Shown: positions 39,883-44,849 of the stretch, one piece after another
Numbering within the stretch: position 1 is the first letter of the stretch
How the letters are laid out: every line of letters begins with the position of its first letter
Assembly (NCBI GenBank): GCA_037130335.1
Contig: JBAXTD010000003.1
Span: 1 to 44,849, forward strand
Length of the DNA stretch: 44,849 nucleotides
Origin: a bacterium
GTDB lineage: Bacteria; Patescibacteriota; Minisyncoccia; Phycocordibacterales; UBA9973
Direction: 5' to 3'
Position numbers and translations under genes: made by a program
The notes under the pieces: model-generated
Databases searched by the model: none
What the model was told of the DNA's origin: nothing
The model's input: the letters and a program-made list of their open reading frames with translations, nothing else

Positions 39883-40704
39883 TTAATGATCCACATTTAT
39901 TACAGAACAACCATTATTTTTAATATGTAATGAATTACAGCAGTGGACAAGCTTATTCTTATGATAAATATCGAAAGAATAGTTCCCAGCTTTTAAAATA
40001 AAAGAAGTGTAGTTTGAGCGTTGTAGTGGATACGAACAGGGATTATCAACCGAGTACATTTCATTCTTAAAGGAGAATTTAACTTTGTAATGTTTATAGC
40101 GGGAATAAAATTTTACACCCCCATATCCTTCGGTAAATTTTTCTCCCATAAAAATCTCTTTTTTTATAGAATACAACTCTACTGCCTTTCCACCTACGCC
40201 CGAGTAGATGTTGTCAGTTCCAGTACGCTGTCTCACTGCGTAGATATCTCTTAATAAATCCGCATTATTGTTTGTGGATGAGCTCGTGTTGCCATTTGAA
40301 CTTTTCATTTTTTCACTTTTGTAACCAAAAGTGTCTTTCAGTACTACTTTTATATTTTTATTGGCATTTTCTTTTTCAATCGCTAACAATTCATTTCTTT
40401 TTAATCTATCATTTTCAATTTTAAGCCGTTCCTTTTCGGTATCAACCTTATTATTTACAGAGATATTGTTCTCTGTATCTTTTAAAGATTTACTGAAGAC
40501 TGCAGGTAAAACAATTTCGGGCTTTTTATTCGACTTTAGGGACGACATTTTTAATATGATAGTATCTCTTTTCTTTTGTTCGTTATTATAGATAAGGTTT
40601 GATTTTTTCTTATCATAATAGTCTTCGACAACAATTATCGTCCCGATAATGGTGCAAATCGCAGCAACTATAATGATACCTTCTTTGATCTTACTTTCGG
40701 CCAT
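39883..40704 (-). CDS. Hypothetical protein with N-terminal TM and coiled coil (cassette 2)
   Basis: 273 aa; IIIVAAICTIIGTIIVV; Cys-containing beta-rich C-terminus. Confidence 0.7.
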   Translation of the reverse strand: MAESKIKEGIIIVAAICTIIGTIIVVEDYYDKKKSNLIYNNEQKKRDTIILKMSSLKSNKKPEIVLPAVFSKSLKDTENNISVNNKVDTEKERLKIENDRLKRNELLAIEKENANKNIKVVLKDTFGYKSEKMKSSNGNTSSSTNNNADLLRDIYAVRQRTGTDNIYSGVGGKAVELYSIKKEIFMGEKFTEGYGGVKFYSRYKHYKVKFSFKNEMYSVDNPCSYPLQRSNYTSFILKAGNYSFDIYHKNKLVHCCNSLHIKNNGCSVINVDH

Positions 40705-40765
40705 AGATGGTAAAATTGAATACGCTTTGCAATGTAAAACAGATTAACAAGTATAAATAACTAAT

Positions 40766-40794
40766 TTGCAAAATAATAATGCAATTGATATGAT
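40766..40794 (+). promoter_or_regulatory. Sigma70-type, apparently leaderless promoter
   Basis: TTGCAA-17-TATGAT, 6 nt before GTG 40801. Confidence 0.6.
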
Positions 40795-40800
40795 AGTTCT

Positions 40801-41136
40801 GTGGAAAAATTTAATTCCCAACGTAATTTAGAAGCAGGTAACAAAAGCATAGATGCTCACAATTCTTTCTTTTCGAAGGAAAATGTTACAAAGTTCTTTG
40901 GCAATACCTTGTTTGGCGCAGGCACCATTTATCTTTCAGCAGGAATTTACGAATTTCTGTCGGGACATAAAATTTCACATTTGACGGAAAGTTTTAAAGA
41001 TCATATTCCTAATGCAATCAATACAGCAATTGAAATTGCAGGTATTGTTCCATTTTTCCTTGTCTCGGCAGGAAGTATGGGTTTAATGTATTCAGGCCAG
41101 AAAATTGAGAAGCTTGGGAAAACGAAGAATAAATAA
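40801..41136 (+). CDS. Small 2-TM hypothetical protein (CPR-style)
   Basis: GTG start, two hydrophobic segments. Confidence 0.65.
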   Translation: MEKFNSQRNLEAGNKSIDAHNSFFSKENVTKFFGNTLFGAGTIYLSAGIYEFLSGHKISHLTESFKDHIPNAINTAIEIAGIVPFFLVSAGSMGLMYSGQKIEKLGKTKNK

Positions 41137-41137
41137 C

Positions 41138-41497
41138 ATGGACATTCTTACCGATATTTTTGAAATATTTAAGTTCGATGATGCACAAAAAAAGAAAGCT
41201 TTTGCTGATTTAGACACGCTCATTAAAGCCAAAATTACAAATGATTTAGTTTCGCAGTTGCCCGTAAATACTATTCAGGAAATTCAACTATTTGAGAATT
41301 TTAATTCAAATGAAACACAAGAAAAGATTGCAATAATACTCCAGCAACATTTTTCGAGTGAAAAAATTAAAGATATGCAACAAGCTGCGATTGGATATGT
41401 TGTCATGGAGTACCTTGCCTATATGTATGGAGAGCAAACAGCAGAACAGCAAGTACAGATAACTAATGTCCTCAAAAAGTATGGAGTGCATACTTAA
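41138..41497 (+). CDS. Small helical hypothetical protein (resembles CPR DUF5663-like proteins)
   Basis: MDILTDIFEIFKFDDAQKKKAFADLDTLIKAKI..., 1 nt after the previous stop; the family resemblance is from memory. Confidence 0.65.
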   Translation: MDILTDIFEIFKFDDAQKKKAFADLDTLIKAKITNDLVSQLPVNTIQEIQLFENFNSNETQEKIAIILQQHFSSEKIKDMQQAAIGYVVMEYLAYMYGEQTAEQQVQITNVLKKYGVHT

Positions 41498-42681
41498 GAA
41501 GACGCGTCATTTGAAATTGAATAGGCACTAAACGGTGCCGAACTTGCCCCATCGATCATTATCTTCAAATACATCGAAAACCTAGCAAGATTAACAAGAT
41601 CAATCGCCTCAAATACCGGATAAAATTCTTTAGCCAAAATCTCGGCATCAGTAGCACCAACCCTAAAGGAAATGATAGTACCACAGTTACCCAAGATTGC
41701 CGCCCGAATCTTCTCGTGCAACTGGTCTAAAAACTGGTTTGCCATAAAGACCCCAAGCCCGAATTTGCGTGCTTCTGAAAGCATATCAACAAAGCTTTGG
41801 GTAGCGAAGGTTTGACTTTCATCTATATATAAGAAAAATGGAACTCTTAAATGTTCTGGTTGCTTTGCCCGATGCAAAGCAGACAGTTGAATTGTAGTGA
41901 CAAGCATACTGCCTAACAGTGTACAGGCATCCTCACCTATTTTACCTTTACTAAAATTGCAGATTAATATTTTACTGCAATCTAACACCTGCTGCATTCG
42001 AAAACTGGTTGTCGTTTGCCCGACAACATTTCTAATCGGTATGCTGGTTAAAAATAATCCGGTCTTGTTTAAAATCGGCGCAATCGCCTCCGATCGCAAA
42101 GTCGGTGAATACTTCAAAAATTCATTCTGCCAAAAGGCAATCGTGGCTTCGTTCTTAACGTGTGCTAATATCTTGTCTCTATGCAACGTATCAGTAAGTA
42201 AGGGTTGAATATCTAACAATGTCGCATCAGGATATTCAAGCAGTGTGAGCAATGAGAACCGTAAAATATATTCTAATCTTGGGCCCCAGGAATCCCCCCA
42301 AATCTTTTTGAACACAGACACTAAACCGGATGCAACCAAGTGATGATAATTTGAGTGTATATTATGCAAAGGATTGAATGCGATGCAATGTTTCAAGTCC
42401 GCAGGATCAAAATATATCAAGTCACTTTTTCGGTGCTCAGGAATATGTTGCAAGAGACTCTCGGCAACATCACCGTGAGGGTCAATGACAGCCAAACCCT
42501 TCCCATTTTTAATATCCTGAATGGCCAAGGATTGTAAAAGCGTACTCTTACCAACCCCGGTTTTACCAATGCAAAAGATATGCGCCAATCGGTCTTTATC
42601 CTTAATGCCAAACCGCTGGTTTGTGCTTCTGTAGTTCGTTATTCCAATGTAGGTGATCGAATTTTTATCCTCATAAGCCAT
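41494..42681 (-). CDS. Compact VirD4/TraD-like ATPase 'B', core domain only, visibly related to the host paralogues
   Basis: ITYIGITNYR...FGIK..DR..H, GKTGVGKST, IDPHG, WGPRLEYILR, YIDESQTF, SEARKF, MYLKIMIDG..S.PFSA. Confidence 0.88.
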   Translation of the reverse strand: MAYEDKNSITYIGITNYRSTNQRFGIKDKDRLAHIFCIGKTGVGKSTLLQSLAIQDIKNGKGLAVIDPHGDVAESLLQHIPEHRKSDLIYFDPADLKHCIAFNPLHNIHSNYHHLVASGLVSVFKKIWGDSWGPRLEYILRFSLLTLLEYPDATLLDIQPLLTDTLHRDKILAHVKNEATIAFWQNEFLKYSPTLRSEAIAPILNKTGLFLTSIPIRNVVGQTTTSFRMQQVLDCSKILICNFSKGKIGEDACTLLGSMLVTTIQLSALHRAKQPEHLRVPFFLYIDESQTFATQSFVDMLSEARKFGLGVFMANQFLDQLHEKIRAAILGNCGTIISFRVGATDAEILAKEFYPVFEAIDLVNLARFSMYLKIMIDGASSAPFSAYSISNDASS

Positions 42682-42746
42682 ACTGAAATGATATGACTTT
42701 TTGAAGTAGAGAAATAGCCGGATTCATTTACCAGTTATGGAAAACA

Positions 42747-42774
42747 AAAACAGGGGTTGTTAGTCCCCTGTTTT
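42747..42774 (-). terminator. Terminator after the RuvC-like gene
   Basis: aaaacagggg-8-cccctgtttt with a T tail on the minus strand. Confidence 0.75.
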
Positions 42775-42775
42775 C

Positions 42776-43249
42776 TTAAACCAATTCAGTACATGCAATG
42801 GCTTCAAATAATTTCACATAGTACGAAATATGCTTTCTCCGTTCCTTGGCGTATAGATCGGCTAATTGCCGGTGTAGTGGATATTTGCGTATAATGGATT
42901 GAATAAGTGATTGCTTGTTGTGAACTGCATTTTCTTTATTGTTCCGTATAAGCATTGAGATTGTGCAAACAATAATTCTAATCCCTAATTTTTCCCCAAG
43001 CAGTAAAATTTCATTCGTCAGATCATTAATGCTTTGAGAGCAATGAAAAGGTTTTGGAGTTTTTACCACAATCTTTTGTATGTCATACCGATTTATGGTT
43101 TCAATCACCGATTCAATCATTTCTCTTTGCTTTTCACTATTCCAAGCTCCATAAAAAGTCCGTACTCTAAAATCACTCAATTCCCCATCATACTTTACCG
43201 CAATTCCCATAAGCCTTGTACCGAGACTAATTCCCAGAATATTTTGCAT
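42776..43249 (-). CDS. RuvC/YqgF-like RNase H-fold protein, first catalytic Asp apparently replaced
   Basis: ILGISLGTRLMGIAV...IQKIVVK...K..L...FEAIA; likely start MQNIL at 43249. Confidence 0.6.
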   Translation of the reverse strand: MQNILGISLGTRLMGIAVKYDGELSDFRVRTFYGAWNSEKQREMIESVIETINRYDIQKIVVKTPKPFHCSQSINDLTNEILLLGEKLGIRIIVCTISMLIRNNKENAVHNKQSLIQSIIRKYPLHRQLADLYAKERRKHISYYVKLFEAIACTELV

Positions 43250-43442
43250 GGAGTTGTATGAGACGGTTATAGTAACCAGCACGATTTCTGATATTTGGTT
43301 TTGAGATTACGTAATTCAGTTTTTCCCGAAGAAATGATTCTGAATATTTTTGAGCACAAGCAATATGCCAGTCTATTGATTTCCTGTCATTGAGAATATC
43401 AGCAATCTCATACGCCAGTTTAATTTCTCTTGATTGTTCCAT
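43227..43442 (-). CDS. Small helical protein resembling the C-terminal domain of replication-initiator-like proteins
   Basis: LAYEIADILNDRKSIDWHIACAQKYSE...IRNRAGYYNRLI; overlaps the RuvC-like start; function inferred. Confidence 0.6.
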   Translation of the reverse strand: MEQSREIKLAYEIADILNDRKSIDWHIACAQKYSESFLREKLNYVISKPNIRNRAGYYNRLIQLHAKYSGN

Positions 43443-43446
43443 AGAT

Positions 43447-43545
43447 TTACTACATATGGTAAATAAGTGCACAGTTATCCACACCTAAAAACCGTACGTT
43501 CGTTATTTTATTTTTTAATAAAACGTGACGTTATCGTTCGTTTGG
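43447..43545. promoter_or_regulatory. Palindromic operator, DnaA box and CGTT-repeat/AT-rich tract (candidate origin)
   Basis: ttactacatatggtaa 43447-43462; TTATCCACA 43475-43483; cgtacgttcgtt-AT tract-aacgtgacgttatcgttcgtt. Confidence 0.5.
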
Positions 43546-43580
43546 CACAACTAATAAATTACCTAGAGAAAATAATTTAC

Positions 43581-43886
43581 TCATCCATCTTCAGCATATT
43601 TTCTTTTTTGCTCCTGCTTTTTCTTAAGCAACTTATATCGTGCAACAAGTTTTTTTGATAATGATTTACGCAGTTGAAAATAAAGTTCATCAGGTAATCG
43701 ATGATATATTAATCCAAGTGAAATAAGGTGTTCAATACTTGGATTTGATGTGCCATTCTCCCATTCTGATATCCGTCCAATACTTTTAATATCTAACAAA
43801 ATAGCCACATCACTTAATTTCAATTCCTGATCTAACCGGTAGAGTCGTAAATAATTTGGAGGATTGTGTTTTTTGTTTTCTCTCAT
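43581..43886 (-). CDS. XRE-family HTH regulator
   Basis: PNYLRLYR...LKLSDVAILLDIKSIGRISEWENGTSNPSIEHL..L..IY. Confidence 0.88.
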   Translation of the reverse strand: MRENKKHNPPNYLRLYRLDQELKLSDVAILLDIKSIGRISEWENGTSNPSIEHLISLGLIYHRLPDELYFQLRKSLSKKLVARYKLLKKKQEQKRKYAEDG

Positions 43887-44090
43887 GCATAAATGTTAGC
43901 AATGCTAAAATGTAGCAGTAAGGATGATATTTTTACTAGATATAGAAAATGAAAGAACTGGAGAAATTATTTCACATTTAACAATGCAGAAATTCCGATG
44001 ATTTATCTAGCCTTATTAGTATATCATTTATTTTTTTCTCAATTTTTTTTCCACAGAAATTTTCAAATGAATAAAGCATAGTTTCGCTTT

Positions 44091-44654
44091 ATGATGACTA
44101 TTCCTACAACTGAACAGATTGACGGCCTTACTCTAATTCTCAGAAATTCCATTGAGGAACTTATTGATCGTGATAGCGACATTTTTAATGTCGATTTAAT
44201 TGAGCCGGAAGAAATTTCAGATGATGCAAGGATTTTAAATAGAGAGTTACATGAAACCTGCATTAATCACAGGCTTGCTTATTATTTGGAAAAGAACATT
44301 CAAAATACGGAACTTGATGTATACAAAGTAGATATTGAATATAATAGATACTATAGAAATCTAAAATTATTACAAACGGTGAATGGGCAGCTTTCGGTGA
44401 GACCAGATATAATTTTACATTCAAGGGTTAATGCAGATATTCAACCTCAGCATTATTTAGTGGTTGAAGCAAAAAAAGCCCATATTTCAAGACATGATAT
44501 TATTAAAGTTGAAGGATTTATTACGGACGACAATTACAATTATGTATTCGGTTTTACAATTTCGTATTGCAGCGACAACCAAAATATATTAGGAATATTG
44601 TTTTATTTCGATGGAACCGAAATCGCAAGAACCCAGTTAAATGTACCTAAATAG
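44091..44654 (+). CDS. PD-(D/E)xK-superfamily nuclease-like protein
   Basis: HE..INHRLAYYLE, VDIEYNR, RPDIILH, LVVEAKK. Confidence 0.7.
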   Translation: MMTIPTTEQIDGLTLILRNSIEELIDRDSDIFNVDLIEPEEISDDARILNRELHETCINHRLAYYLEKNIQNTELDVYKVDIEYNRYYRNLKLLQTVNGQLSVRPDIILHSRVNADIQPQHYLVVEAKKAHISRHDIIKVEGFITDDNYNYVFGFTISYCSDNQNILGILFYFDGTEIARTQLNVPK

Positions 44655-44662
44655 TAATACTC

Positions 44663-44800
44663 TTACGCACTAGAATCTTTAAGGATTTTATATACCACGG
44701 AAACATCTTTCCTAAATTCAGCCCAAAAAACCATATCAAATTCTTTGCCTTTTGGTTTTGGTATATGTACGGTGTTTTGTTTTTTTAAGCCAGAGTCCAC
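44663..44800 (-). other. Orphan 3' end of LSR1, rejoined in frame on excision
   Basis: From the att core GTGGAC: VDSGLKKQNTVHIPKPKGKEFDMVFWAEFRKDVSVVYKILKDSSA*, open in the same frame as the VD codons of LSR1. Confidence 0.7.
44795..44800 (+). repeat. attR core (GTCCAC)
   Basis: Matches the tRNA 3' end and is directly followed by a terminator. Confidence 0.72.
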
Positions 44801-44805
44801 GCGCT

Positions 44806-44839
44806 GAAAAAAGAGCCATCATTATGATGGCCTTTTTTC
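44806..44839 (+). terminator. Terminator, probably the native tRNA-Ala terminator displaced by the insertion
   Basis: gaaaaaagagccatca-tta-tgatggccttttttc; outer arms gtccacgc/gcgtggac extend the stem to the window end. Confidence 0.75.
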
Positions 44840-44849
44840 TTGCGTGGAC

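Larger units (their letters stand above)
20334..44800. mobile_element. ~24.5 kb integrative element in tRNA-Ala with two serine recombinases, ArdC, two VirD4-like ATPases and defence cargo
   Basis: Integrase overlapping the tRNA; matching core at both ends; in-frame integrase tail just inside the right end; terminator just outside it; abrupt switch from housekeeping to mobilome genes. Confidence 0.85.

Noticed and set aside
39618-39930. ORFs 39618-39896 (-) and 39748-39930 (+)
   Set aside because: They lie over the decayed A' duplicate and are by-products of it
20334-44800. Prophage or canonical ICE
   Set aside because: No capsid, terminase, portal or tail genes, and no recognisable VirB/Tra mating-pair or relaxase genes

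Overview
The window has two parts. Bases 1-20333 are chromosome of a small-genome bacterium that looks like Patescibacteria/CPR (Parcubacteria-like; inferred). It carries leuS (partial), tsaC, ychF, a 1.9k-aa repeat surface protein, cyclophilin, UDG4, a lamin-tail-domain protein, two CPR-type VirD4/TraD-like ATPases flanking ribE-ribH, gdhA and tRNA-Ala(TGC). Bases 20334-44800 are an apparently complete ~24.5 kb integrative element in the 3' end of tRNA-Ala, bounded by a GTCCAC core at 20328-20333 and 44795-44800, with the displaced tRNA terminator after the right copy. The element encodes two divergent large serine recombinases, and each appears to carry its att site inside its own 3' coding region. 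LSR1 is split by the present integration: its missing in-frame 43-aa tail lies at 44663-44794. LSR2 reads through a putative unused attP into a double XRE-HTH and resembles comM-targeting recombinases of Bacteroidota (from recollection). Cargo mixes Bacteroidota-style and CPR-style genes and promoters. A shared palindrome, TTACCAnnnATGGTAA, precedes the core genes. A pair of convergent VirD4-like genes encloses two stacked cargo cassettes joined by a chimeric scar. Working hypothesis: a dual-integrase element that shuttles between a CPR episymbiont and a Bacteroidota host. All calls come from reading the sequence by eye; no database searches were run.
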